Source: an uncultured Bacteroidia bacterium (GTDB lineage Bacteria > Bacteroidota > Bacteroidia > Bacteroidales > UBA932). Taken from it: DNA of 64,000 bases. This document shows positions 35,196-44,575 of the stretch, piece by piece. The notes below the pieces were generated by a model. That model saw only the letters and a list, made by a program, of their open reading frames with translations. It did not search any database and was not told the origin of the DNA. Made by a program: the position numbers and the translations under genes. Within the stretch, counting starts at the first letter, position 1; every line of letters begins with the position of its first letter. The stretch covers positions 3,961 to 67,960 of the forward strand of contig CADCJX010000001.1 of the NCBI GenBank assembly GCA_902801885.1. Reading direction: 5' to 3'.

Positions 35196-36038
35196 ATGAA
35201 CAGGATCATCATTTACGCCACACTCGCCTGCCTTTGCTTCGGCGCTGCGTCATGTGGTTCCACCCCTGAACCAAGTGTTCCAAAGGTCTCGATATTCTGC
35301 GACCATATAGAATCAGTAGCAAGACAGGAAGGTATTCCATTTGCCGAAGCTGCCAAGCTCATCAAGAACATAGGATTCACAGGAGCCGATGTCAGGGTCT
35401 TCCAGAAAGAAGATGAAATCAGGGCCCTTGACAGCCTTGGTTTCGAGCATGCCTGCGCAATTACCGACATCAATTATTCCAAAGGAGACCAGAAAGTGTT
35501 GGAAGACAAGACGATAGCTTTCATGGACGAGCATGGCTTCGACAGACTCCTTCTGGTCACTGGGTTGCTTCCTGAAGAAGGGATTCCCCAATCCGAGATA
35601 GTATTGGCCAGAGAACGCATAGCCGCTTTTGCGACCAGGGTGAAAAAACTTGGCTACACAATCATGGTGGAAGACTATGACAGCAAACGGTCACTCTGCT
35701 ATGATTCGGAGCGACTGGATTCGCTGTTCAGTGTCGCCTCAGACCTTGGTCTTGTCTTCGATTCCGGCAATTTCATTTTCGCCGGGCAAGATGCTCTGGA
35801 ACAGCTAAAGCATTTCAGGGACAGGATAGGGCACGTCCATCTCAAGGACAGGAAAACACAGGATGACATGACATGTGTACCTATCGGTACAGGTTGCATT
35901 CCTATCGGGGACATAATCTCCGACCTTTCCGGAAGCGGTTACCAGGGCTGGTTTACCGTCGAGCAGTTCGGATCACGTAACATGCTGGAAGACAGCAAGA
36001 CTTCATACGATAACATAATCAGACTAATTATTAAATGA
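35196..36038 (+). CDS. sugar phosphate isomerase/epimerase (xylose isomerase-like TIM barrel) lipoprotein
   Basis: The lipobox is GAASCGS. The body reads ..IGHVHLKDRK..GWFTVEQF... The start is set at MNRIII (35196). The long upstream extension in the ORF track overlaps the receptor gene antisense. Confidence 0.75.
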   Translation: MNRIIIYATLACLCFGAASCGSTPEPSVPKVSIFCDHIESVARQEGIPFAEAAKLIKNIGFTGADVRVFQKEDEIRALDSLGFEHACAITDINYSKGDQKVLEDKTIAFMDEHGFDRLLLVTGLLPEEGIPQSEIVLARERIAAFATRVKKLGYTIMVEDYDSKRSLCYDSERLDSLFSVASDLGLVFDSGNFIFAGQDALEQLKHFRDRIGHVHLKDRKTQDDMTCVPIGTGCIPIGDIISDLSGSGYQGWFTVEQFGSRNMLEDSKTSYDNIIRLIIK

Positions 36039-36604
36039 AATCACTAGGAGTAAAACCTTACCTTTTCCCGATGCCTACCTACATGATCGGGACTTACAAT
36101 GAAGACAACACCGTGGATGTGATGATGATGGCCTGGGGCGGAATAGTTGACACAAATATGGTAGCCCTGAACCTGGAAGCTTCCCACAAGACGGTGAAGA
36201 ATCTGCGCGATCGCAAGGCCTTCACACTTTCCATCCCAGGTACTGACACCATCAAGGAATCGGACTACCTTGGAACAGCCAGTGGCAACAAATACCCCGA
36301 CAAGTTCGCGGTTTCCGGCCTTCACGCAGTTGGAAGCGAGAATGTTGACGCCCCCATCGTCACGGAATACCCAGTTACGCTTGAATGCAAGGTGGTGGAA
36401 TTCCAGGACCAGCCATACGGCCTGAGGGTACTTGGAGAGATAGTCAATGTTCTGGCAGACGAGAAGGTCCTTGATGAAAAAGGCAAGATTGACGCCGGCA
36501 AGTTGCACGCTTTCGCATTTGACCAGATGAGGAACGACTACTATGCCATCGGAGAGAAAATCGGGACTGCCTGGCACGAAGGCTTGCCCCTGATGAAGAA
36601 ATAG
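36035..36604 (+). CDS. flavin reductase-like (FMN-binding split barrel) protein
   Basis: It reads ..PMPTYMIGTYNEDNTVDVMMMAWGG..KAFTLSIP..PVTLECKVV.. and overlaps the upstream gene by 4 nt. Confidence 0.75.
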   Translation: MKSLGVKPYLFPMPTYMIGTYNEDNTVDVMMMAWGGIVDTNMVALNLEASHKTVKNLRDRKAFTLSIPGTDTIKESDYLGTASGNKYPDKFAVSGLHAVGSENVDAPIVTEYPVTLECKVVEFQDQPYGLRVLGEIVNVLADEKVLDEKGKIDAGKLHAFAFDQMRNDYYAIGEKIGTAWHEGLPLMKK

Positions 36605-36625
36605 CAATAATCGCTCGATTTTGAT

Positions 36626-36633
36626 TATCTTTG
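36626..36633 (+). promoter_or_regulatory. -7 promoter box TATCTTTG
   Basis: It sits 7 nt upstream of the ATG at 36640. Confidence 0.4.
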
Positions 36634-36639
36634 CAGTGA

Positions 36640-37044
36640 ATGAAACTCACTGCGCTAATATTGTCCCTGCTGTTGACTTTCCTGTCAGGAGGAAAGGCGG
36701 ATACAGTCAGCACAGAGTCCAAGCAGGAAGACAATTACGGCTTAGCAGAGACATCTTCCACTGATAACTTTGCGGATAAAACCTCGAATAGGGAAATCTG
36801 CATTACCGCTGTACAAGGTTACACCTTTGCCGGGGGCAACAGCACCAATTCCATCTCCGTCCGGGTAACCCAGTCAGGAAGACGCCCTTTTCAGCAGATC
36901 CGTTCCACTTTCCGTATCGTAAAGAGTGGAAAAGTAATAGACAATAACCAACAACATCCATTCCTGTCACAGTCAACTGTGCATCTCGCAGGAATGTACC
37001 TGTCTGAGAGATACTTGTTTTCCATCTGCCGGCTCAGGCTTTAG
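36640..37044 (+). CDS. hypothetical secreted protein
   Basis: 134 aa with the signal peptide MKLTALILSLLLTFLSG. I recognise no family. Confidence 0.45.
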   Translation: MKLTALILSLLLTFLSGGKADTVSTESKQEDNYGLAETSSTDNFADKTSNREICITAVQGYTFAGGNSTNSISVRVTQSGRRPFQQIRSTFRIVKSGKVIDNNQQHPFLSQSTVHLAGMYLSERYLFSICRLRL

Positions 37045-37074
37045 CAGATAGGCTCTTCACTGGTCCTTCGACCG

Positions 37075-37106
37075 GTTCGGAACGACAAAAACTTGTCGTT
37101 CCGAAC
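37075..37106. terminator. strong hairpin (14-bp perfect stem, 4-nt loop) between convergently unrelated genes
   Basis: The sequence is gttcggaacgacaa-aaac-ttgtcgttccgaac. The flanking cttcg/cgaag can extend the stem. There is no U-tract, so its terminator role is inferred only. Confidence 0.4.
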
Positions 37107-37144
37107 GAAGTGCAGAATCTACAATCTCATTCAGAACAACCAAA

Positions 37145-37958
37145 ATGACAATTATTTGGCTATTGGTCGGCCTGGGACTGATCGTCCTTGGCGCAGACTG
37201 GTTAGTTGATGGCGCGTCTTCAATCGCGAGGAAGGCCGGAGTGAGCGAATTCGTTATTGGACTCACGATAGTGGGCTTCGGGACATCATGCCCGGAACTG
37301 GTAGTTAGCCTTACTGGAGCCCTTGAAGGGAATGCCGATATTGCCATAGGCAATGTGATAGGCTCAAATATTTTCAATGTCTTATTCATTCTTGGGCTTA
37401 CAGCATTGATATGTCCTGTAAGCATGAGCAAAGAAAACCGCAAAAAGGATATTCCCCTGACAATCGTGGTTACGGTCATGCTTCTGGCTTTCGGCCTTAA
37501 CAGTACCCTGTGGGGAGCCGGTCCTGCTTGTACTATCCGGGCTCGCAGGATTGATCTATGGAGGCAATTTATTCGTAGAGTCCGCTACCAAACTGGCAAG
37601 GGTGCTGGGTGTAAGTGACAAGTTCATTGCTGTGACTATCCTAGCCGGTGGAACCTCTCTTCCGGAACTGGCTACAAGCCTCGTCGCTGCCTTGAAGGGC
37701 AGGGACCAGCTGGCTCTAGGCAACATCCTTGGTTCGAACGTATTCAACATACTGCTGATCCTGGGTTCGTCAGCCTTGATTACGCCTCTTTCCTTTGCTT
37801 CTATAACAAATGTCGATGCAGTGGTTCTCTTGCTCAGCATGGTGCTTTTGCTACTATGGGCCTACTCAGGCAGACGGGAACGTATCGACCGTTTGGAAGG
37901 CGCTATCATGCTTTTGCTCTTCGGAGCTTATTACACTTATTTATTCATAAGATTATAA
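37145..37958 (+). pseudogene. CaCA-family Na+/Ca2+ antiporter (YrbG-like) with internal deletion and frameshift near 37517-37521
   Basis: The first alpha-repeat is intact (GLTIVGFGTSCPELVVS..GNVIGSNIFNVL). After ..LNSTLWGA the frame is lost. The other frame continues VLLVLSGLAGLIYGGNLFVESA..ILAGGTSLPELATS..GNILGSNVFNIL (second alpha-repeat). The combined length is ~270 aa, against ~310-325 aa typical. Confidence 0.7.
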
Positions 37959-37960
37959 AC

Positions 37961-38398
37961 ATGGAAATCACATTCAAAAAGGTCCACACTGCAAAGGACC
38001 TCACAATATCTGCCATTATAATGGCCGCTGGCATCGGCCTTTATTTCATAAACGCCGGAGTAGGAATTGTACTGGCAATCTGCGGCCTGCTTATGCTCCT
38101 GCTCTACAAAGGAGGTCACAAGCGTAATGGAGAAGACATAATTCTAAAGAAAAAGGCCTTCGATGTAGCCCACTCTTGCCGCGAATCGTTGAAGGGATTC
38201 CTTGACGGAAAGGATGTCGAACCTTTAATCAACAAGGACATCAGTGGAGGCGTCATTCGTCTGGAGGTGCTTTACAACGAATCGGCGGCTGTTGCTTATG
38301 CCCAGCTTTTCGATTTCTCCAACTACAACTACGAGCCTGCCACAGAAATGGTGGAGCTCCATGGTCAAAGGGCACAAACCCTGATTGGAAAATTATAA
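37961..38398 (+). CDS. hypothetical membrane protein
   Basis: 145 aa with two predicted TM helices (ISAIIMAAGIGLYFI, GIVLAICGLLMLLLY). The start is set at MEITFKK. Confidence 0.5.
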   Translation: MEITFKKVHTAKDLTISAIIMAAGIGLYFINAGVGIVLAICGLLMLLLYKGGHKRNGEDIILKKKAFDVAHSCRESLKGFLDGKDVEPLINKDISGGVIRLEVLYNESAAVAYAQLFDFSNYNYEPATEMVELHGQRAQTLIGKL

Positions 38399-39812
38399 AG
38401 ACGATATCGTGATTACACTTTTCCTCATCCTCATCGGGGTTGTCATCCTGCTCTGCATCTGGCTGAATAACATTTCATCCAGGATCGGTATTCCAACCCT
38501 CCTTGCATTCATAATGCTGGGCATGGTTTTCGGCAACAACGGCCTGGTTCCACTCCAATTCGAAGACCATGCTTTCGCAAAGGAAATCTGTACCGTCGCC
38601 CTGATATTCATCATGTTCTACGGCGGATTCTGAACACGCTGGGATGTTGCCAGGCCAATTGTAAGGGAAGCCGTTTTATTGGCATCCCTGGGCGTGATCC
38701 TGACCGCAGGTTTAACCGGACTCTTCTGCCATTATGCACTCCAGTGGGGATGGATGGAAAGTTTCCTGCTTGGTTCAGTAGTGAGTTCAACTGATGCCGC
38801 ATCAGTATTCTCGATCCTAAGGTCAAAGAAACTCGTTCTCAAAAACAACACTGCTCCCAAACTGGAAATGGAGAGCGGAAGCAATGACCCTTTTTCTTAC
38901 ATGCTCACAGCACTGATGTTGAGCATCCTGAACGGTAAAGCCACAGGGCTTGGAATATCCTGGATGCTATTCGCCCAACTTGCATTCGGAGCGGGGTGCG
39001 GCGTCCTTATTGCGAAAGTAGCCTCCTGGATATTGGATAGATTCCGTATAAAAGGAGAAGGTTTCGATTCGCTGTTCATTCTCTCCGTTGCAATATTGTC
39101 CTACGCTATTCCAGACCTGATCGGAGGGAATGGTTACCTTAGTACTTATATCGTAGGCATCATGCTGGGCAACAGCGATTTCCCCGGGAAAAAGGCCCTT
39201 GTCAACTTCTTTGATGGGATAACAGGCCTCATGCAAGTCCTTATCTTCTTCCTGCTGGGGCTGCTTGCTCGTCCGGCTCTGCTTCATAAGGCCGTGCTTC
39301 CTGCAATCGCAATATTCTTTTTCATGTTATTGGTAGCAAGGCCTCTTGCCGTAGCCGGCATCCTTACCCCATTCAGAAAGTATTCCTTCAAGCAGCAGTC
39401 CCTCATATCATTCGTAGGCTTGAGGGGAGCGGCATCGATCGTATTCGCCATAATGGCTATGACTGACAATCCTCTTTTGGAGAATGACATCTTCAACATA
39501 GTCTTCTGCCTGGTACTCATCTCTATTTCCATGCAGGGCTCATTGATCCCATGGGTGGCAGGTAAACTCGACATGCTGGATGCGGATGCTGATGTCATGA
39601 AAACTTTCAATGATTATTCCGAGGGTACCCAGATGCAGTTCGGGAGCATAGACATAGACCCGATGAGCAAATGGTCCGGAAAGAAAGTCATGGATTTGGG
39701 TCTGCCAAGGAATGTCCTTATAGCTCTTATACTCCGCAACCGGGAACGCATCATCCCACGCGGAGATACCATGCTTGAAGCCGGAGACACTTTGGTGATC
39801 TTGAAAACATAG
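38385..39812 (+). pseudogene. K+/H+ antiporter (CPA1, NhaP2-like, C-terminal TrkA_C domain) interrupted by in-frame TGA at 38631-38633
   Basis: ORF 38385-38633 ends ..ALIFIMFYGGF then a stop. The same frame continues TRWDVARPIVREAVLLASLGVILTAG..SSTDAASVFSIL.. to 39812 with no further stop. The C-terminus ..VLIALILRNRERIIPRGDTMLEAGDTLVIL is TrkA_C-like. Confidence 0.75.
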
Positions 39813-39830
39813 CCTTTCAATAATTATAAC

Positions 39831-39838
39831 TATCTTTG
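39831..39838 (+). promoter_or_regulatory. -7 promoter box TATCTTTG
   Basis: It sits 38 nt upstream of the start at 39876. Confidence 0.4.
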
Positions 39839-39875
39839 CGTGAAATCGATAAAATCATAAAGCCAAGATACGACC

Positions 39876-40886
39876 ATGAAGAGATTTCTGTTTTTCACGA
39901 TTCTGGCAATAGCTGCCAGTCTTTCTACATCTTGCGGAAATGCCAACTCTAAAAGCAAAGTAAAAGATGAGGGATCCGTAGTTTATTTCACTAAGGAGAT
40001 TACCCCAGAGAGCCTGATCAAGATTTATGAGGCGCTCGGAGTAGAAGCGAAAGGCAATGTCGCCGTAAAGATCTCAACTGGAGAATCCATGCTTTCAAAT
40101 CACCTGCGCCCTGAGCTTATAGGTCCGTTCGTTCAGAAGGTCGGTGGCACCCTTGTGGAGTGCAACACCGCTTACGGAGGGAACCGTTCACAGACCGAGA
40201 TCCATCGCAAGACCATCGAGGAACATGGCTACAATGCCATCGCAAAGGTTGACATTATGGACGAGGAAGGAAGCATCAAGATTCCCGTCAAGGATGACAA
40301 GTGGATCAAGTATGACATCGTGGGCTCACACATCCAGAACTATGATTTCATGATCAATCTCGCCCACTTCAAGGGCCACGCCATGGGTGGATTCGGCGGC
40401 GTACTGAAGAACGCCTCCATCGGAGTCGCATCATCTGACGGCAAAGTGAATATCCATTCTGCCGGTCAGGTTGAAGAGGCCAATCCGGAAGGTGATCTCC
40501 ACGCCCCGGAAGGCTGGTTCGAATCCCCTGAGAAGAATACTCCATTCATCGAATCTATGGCAGCTGCAGCCCAGGCAGTACATGATTATTTCAAGGCGAA
40601 GAACGGTATTGTCTATATCGACGTGATGAACAACATTTCGATTGACTGCGACTGCGATGGCAATCCCCATGCACCAACGATCCAAGACATCGGAATCGCA
40701 GCTTCCCTCGACCCTGTCGCATTGGACAAGTTCTGTCTCGATCAGGTGATGAACCTTCCGAACGACGAGAACAATGACACAAAGGCCTTGATCGACAGGA
40801 TCAACCAGAGGCATGGCGTACGCATAGTCTACCGCGCTGAGGAAAACGGGATGGGTTCTACCAAGTACAAAGTAGTGGAATTGTAA
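39876..40886 (+). CDS. DUF362 domain lipoprotein
   Basis: The lipobox is SLSTSCGN. The body reads ..VAVKISTGES..LVECNTAYGG..INLAHFKGHAMGGFGGVLKNASIG.., typical of DUF362. Confidence 0.7.
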   Translation: MKRFLFFTILAIAASLSTSCGNANSKSKVKDEGSVVYFTKEITPESLIKIYEALGVEAKGNVAVKISTGESMLSNHLRPELIGPFVQKVGGTLVECNTAYGGNRSQTEIHRKTIEEHGYNAIAKVDIMDEEGSIKIPVKDDKWIKYDIVGSHIQNYDFMINLAHFKGHAMGGFGGVLKNASIGVASSDGKVNIHSAGQVEEANPEGDLHAPEGWFESPEKNTPFIESMAAAAQAVHDYFKAKNGIVYIDVMNNISIDCDCDGNPHAPTIQDIGIAASLDPVALDKFCLDQVMNLPNDENNDTKALIDRINQRHGVRIVYRAEENGMGSTKYKVVEL

Positions 40887-40896
40887 TATTCTCCAC

Positions 40897-42072
40897 GTGA
40901 AAAGACTGCTTATCATCACATTGCTCGCAACTGCGATAGTCCAGCTGCAGGCCCGCCCGGGAAAGAAGATAACCATAGACGGCAATCTACCAGCGGGAAA
41001 CATAGTCGTAGAAAAGATTTCCGGAGACACTGTCTACGTACAGCCAGACATGTCAGGTCACAAAGGCGAATGGTTCTACTGGGCCATGAGGGTACGTGGC
41101 GCACAGGGCAGAACCCTGGTCTTCATGTTTCCGCGCACCTGTGTAGGAGCTCGCGGACCCGTGGTGTCGCTCGACAAAGGCAAGACCTTCTTCTTTGGAA
41201 GAGGACGTACCGGAAAGACTTTCACCTGGACTTTCGGTCCGAAGGACAAGGATGTATTCCTCTACGAATGCCATCCCTACCTTCCCGGGCATTGGAAGCA
41301 GTTTCTCCGCTCCATAGGCAAAGGACAGTTCGAAACGGATGTCCTTTGCCTGAGCCGGAGCGGATATAAGGTGCCGTTCGCCACTTTCGGCCGGCTCGAT
41401 GGAAAGGAGAAGCACCGGGTGGTGATCTCCGCCAGGCATCATTGCTCCGAAACCATGGCCGGCTACGTGATGGAAGGCATCATCCAAGGAATATGTTCTG
41501 ATGACAAGACCGGAAAGTGGCTCCGCGAGAACGTGGAATTCACGGTGGTCCCATTCGTGGATTATGACGGAGCAGTCAACGGGGACCAGGGGAAGAACCG
41601 TGATCCGCACGACCACAACAGGGATTATGGACAGTTCATCTACCCAGAGACCAGGGCCCTGGCAGACAAATACCTTGAAAAGGATCCGGAAGTGATAATC
41701 GACCTTCACTGTCCATGGATTTCCAGCGGGGTGAATGAGTTCCTTTACAATCCCCTTTCAAATCCCGAGATCACACCGGACATCGCCGCTGAAGAGTTCT
41801 TCACGAAATGTATCGAGAAAAATGCTGAAGGCTTGCCGTACGACCCAGCGAACAATGTTCCTTTCGGAACGAGTTGGAACACCAATGCCAATTATGCAGA
41901 CGGCTTGTCATGCCTGAACTGGGCAAGGCTCAACGTACCTGGAGCACGTGTGTGCCGCTGCTTCGAAATTCCTTTCGCCAACGCCGGAGGAACCGAAGTC
42001 AATCCTGAATCATGCAGGGTTTTCGGAAAGAGCCTCGCCTCGGCACTTGTCGATCTGTTCAACTACCTGTAA
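40897..42072 (+). CDS. M14-family metallocarboxypeptidase-like protein (secreted)
   Basis: It has a GTG start, a signal peptide, and ..VVISARHHCSETMAGYVMEG.. (HxxE zinc motif context) ..IIDLHCPW... Confidence 0.55.
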   Translation: MKRLLIITLLATAIVQLQARPGKKITIDGNLPAGNIVVEKISGDTVYVQPDMSGHKGEWFYWAMRVRGAQGRTLVFMFPRTCVGARGPVVSLDKGKTFFFGRGRTGKTFTWTFGPKDKDVFLYECHPYLPGHWKQFLRSIGKGQFETDVLCLSRSGYKVPFATFGRLDGKEKHRVVISARHHCSETMAGYVMEGIIQGICSDDKTGKWLRENVEFTVVPFVDYDGAVNGDQGKNRDPHDHNRDYGQFIYPETRALADKYLEKDPEVIIDLHCPWISSGVNEFLYNPLSNPEITPDIAAEEFFTKCIEKNAEGLPYDPANNVPFGTSWNTNANYADGLSCLNWARLNVPGARVCRCFEIPFANAGGTEVNPESCRVFGKSLASALVDLFNYL

Positions 42073-44519
42073 TCGAACAAGACAGTCGCCTTTGTGTCGT
42101 GGTCCGTCCTGACACGGATCCACCTCGCCTGGAATGAGGTTGGGAAAAGGTGCCTGAACTCCTGCCCATTGGCGACTGCAAAGTCAGAATAATGGAACCA
42201 CTGTCCGTCTCCGGTGGGATCCACTTCGATTGTGAAAACCACTTCACCGGAAGATTCATGAGACAGTGACATTTCGCGCCTGTCATAGAAACCGATCAGG
42301 AAAGGATCTGAACACTCTCCTGCCCTGACTTCCGTACCGATCCATGGCCCGCCGTGCCCGGTGGGCTTGCCAAGTTTCCAGAGATCATCTATCGCCCCGG
42401 CCCATATCGCGGCCTTGCGGTCAGGAGAGAAAACCACATGGGGATTCTTCCTCGCAGCAGAGTGGTCTATTCCGGTCATGACAAGCATTCCCCTGTAGGA
42501 TGCATAATCATGTATTCCGAAATCATGGGAAGCTATAGGGCGGACCTTGGCGTAGCCATCCGCATTTTCGGCAGGCAGCTCATAGAATGTTCCGCCAAGC
42601 GAAAGAAGGTCACGCTCGGTCACCACTTCCCGGCATATTCTCAAAGCCCCGGTCCTGGTCTTTTCTGCATATTCTTCCCTTCCGAGAGGCAGTCTCCATC
42701 GCCTTCCCTTAGCATCCACGATCAAGATGGAACCGTCCTGATATTCAACAACTCCGGTAGGTATCCCCAGCTTCTCGCGGATATGCCCCACCATCAGGGA
42801 ATCATCCTTCGCAAGCAGGTTCATCCCGCCATCCAATTCGTAGTATCTCTCCCCATCGGCGGTACTTGCAAGGATTCCGAGGGCACGGCGCTGATCCGGA
42901 AGACCATAAAGAAGTCCCTGGGAGTCATTGGTTTCCGTCACCTTGGCAAGTCCCTTGAAGATCGGATCAGGGGATGTTCCGCGTGTTTCCTTCGGCGCGT
43001 AGACGAATGTCAGGTCCGCAAGGATGTCAGATAAGCTTATGGCCCTGATCCACACTCCATCATCGTTACTATCGAAAGGAACGAATTCCGATTCGCCGCC
43101 ACCTACGGAAATGGTTTTCAGGTCAACCCACTGTCCGTTACCTTTCTTATCTACCTGGAAGGTAATCTGTGCGTCCTTATCTGAACGGTTTGCTATCCAA
43201 GCGCAGCGGTTGTCCCATCCATTGAACAGGAAAGGATCGGAAGGGACATTGGCTTGCACCTCATCCTTAAGCCACACAGATCCCCCCGCAGTGACTGGCC
43301 CTAGATTGTCAGGCTTGTCATATGAGGTGAACCAAAGATTGGAATTGGACTGGCCGGGTCCACCAATTCCACCTTTCTGCTTGCGAGTGTTCAGGAACTC
43401 GCTCTGCGCAGAATCATCACAACCGAAGACAAGCCTGCCGTTCCACTCGGTGAAATCAGCAATTACCTTAAGATATGCTCCGCGAGGACGTATTCCCGCG
43501 GAATTGCTTGTTGAAAATGATCCTGGAAAATGCCAGAACATCCCGTGCATCGTCATAAGATATTCAGGATCCACCCCTTCCGGAGCCACGTTTCGGATCC
43601 TCGGCCATTCCGTATTCCATCCATGGGCTCCGTCATAGGCAAAACTTGCCTTAGGGAGGCGGTAGAAACTCCACCCCTTCTGTGGTTCGCGCACTGCCAG
43701 GATCACGGACCTGTAGTCCCAGCCGAGCGACCAGATCGGATCTGTAGCCGGAGACGGATTGCCATGGATCCCACCGGGGCCGGTAATGTCTGTGAACTGA
43801 TTACGTCTGATAAGGGTCCAGTCCTTGCCATCCCATTCGACCAGGGCGCCGGAAGGGATGTCGAACTGCTCCTTGGCAAGGGCTCCTTCTTCACCATTGT
43901 TGGAATAGACCACAACCCCTTGTCCTGAATAGAATCCCTTTCCGTGATAGCCTGGGAACATCGTGCAAAGGTCTCCGGTAAATCCATCCTTCCGCTTCTT
44001 GTTGCCGTCAGTGTAAAGTTCGACCGCGTCGAGGGAATGGACATCGACATCATAAAAACCGGCCTCCATCGTAGCCAGAAGTACCCTGTTCCCAGGATCT
44101 ACCAGATGACGGGATACTCCGGTGTAACGGCCAGGATACTTTTCCAGAGACAGTGCCCTGACATTCTTGTCGGCATCGATGGCGTAAGGTCCGATGAACA
44201 GCTGGTCGCTTTCATCATGGATCATCCTGTCGGCATGCGTTCCTCCCACGCTCTCCGGCCTGACTATTTCCTCCAGCAACGGGGTTATCTGGTAGAGTTT
44301 GTCATCGGAACCGAATGGTTCGTGAGGTGAATATGTTACCGCCCAGAGATCACCCTGCCAGGGGACAACCGCCCCTGTCCCGCATTCACCCTGCGAATTA
44401 TAGAATGCCAGATGAGGATAGATTCCGCTGAATTCCCTTGGAGCGGTCTCTTTCTCTTTGGAAACACACGAGACCAAAAGGCAGACAGAGATCAAAGCTG
44501 TCAATTTTCTTACTACCAT
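42063..44519 (-). CDS. large conserved-hypothetical lipoprotein with two copies of a ~85-aa C-terminal-type module
   Basis: The lipobox is LLVSCVSK (start at 44519). The modules at 42999-43244 and 42069-42314 share SDPFL..G.D.R......S......F.V...G.GQW........G.E.....F......WIR. I recognise no family. Confidence 0.7.
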   Translation of the reverse strand: MVVRKLTALISVCLLVSCVSKEKETAPREFSGIYPHLAFYNSQGECGTGAVVPWQGDLWAVTYSPHEPFGSDDKLYQITPLLEEIVRPESVGGTHADRMIHDESDQLFIGPYAIDADKNVRALSLEKYPGRYTGVSRHLVDPGNRVLLATMEAGFYDVDVHSLDAVELYTDGNKKRKDGFTGDLCTMFPGYHGKGFYSGQGVVVYSNNGEEGALAKEQFDIPSGALVEWDGKDWTLIRRNQFTDITGPGGIHGNPSPATDPIWSLGWDYRSVILAVREPQKGWSFYRLPKASFAYDGAHGWNTEWPRIRNVAPEGVDPEYLMTMHGMFWHFPGSFSTSNSAGIRPRGAYLKVIADFTEWNGRLVFGCDDSAQSEFLNTRKQKGGIGGPGQSNSNLWFTSYDKPDNLGPVTAGGSVWLKDEVQANVPSDPFLFNGWDNRCAWIANRSDKDAQITFQVDKKGNGQWVDLKTISVGGGESEFVPFDSNDDGVWIRAISLSDILADLTFVYAPKETRGTSPDPIFKGLAKVTETNDSQGLLYGLPDQRRALGILASTADGERYYELDGGMNLLAKDDSLMVGHIREKLGIPTGVVEYQDGSILIVDAKGRRWRLPLGREEYAEKTRTGALRICREVVTERDLLSLGGTFYELPAENADGYAKVRPIASHDFGIHDYASYRGMLVMTGIDHSAARKNPHVVFSPDRKAAIWAGAIDDLWKLGKPTGHGGPWIGTEVRAGECSDPFLIGFYDRREMSLSHESSGEVVFTIEVDPTGDGQWFHYSDFAVANGQEFRHLFPTSFQARWIRVRTDHDTKATVLFDYR

Positions 44520-44575
44520 AGGTGCTGACTTATTGTACCACAAAATAAAGAAATATTCATAACTTTACAAGCACA

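Noticed and set aside
38631-38633. The idea that in-frame TGA codons (38631, 63501) reflect TGA-to-Gly recoding (genetic code 25) or selenocysteine.
   Set aside because: TGA terminates several well-formed genes in this window at their expected ends (stops at 3657-3659, 16633-16635, 18469-18471, 19296-19298, 5018-5020). The third interruption is TAA. The contexts are not redox-active Cys positions, and I see no evidence for a SECIS-like element. Simple nonsense mutations or base-call errors are more parsimonious.
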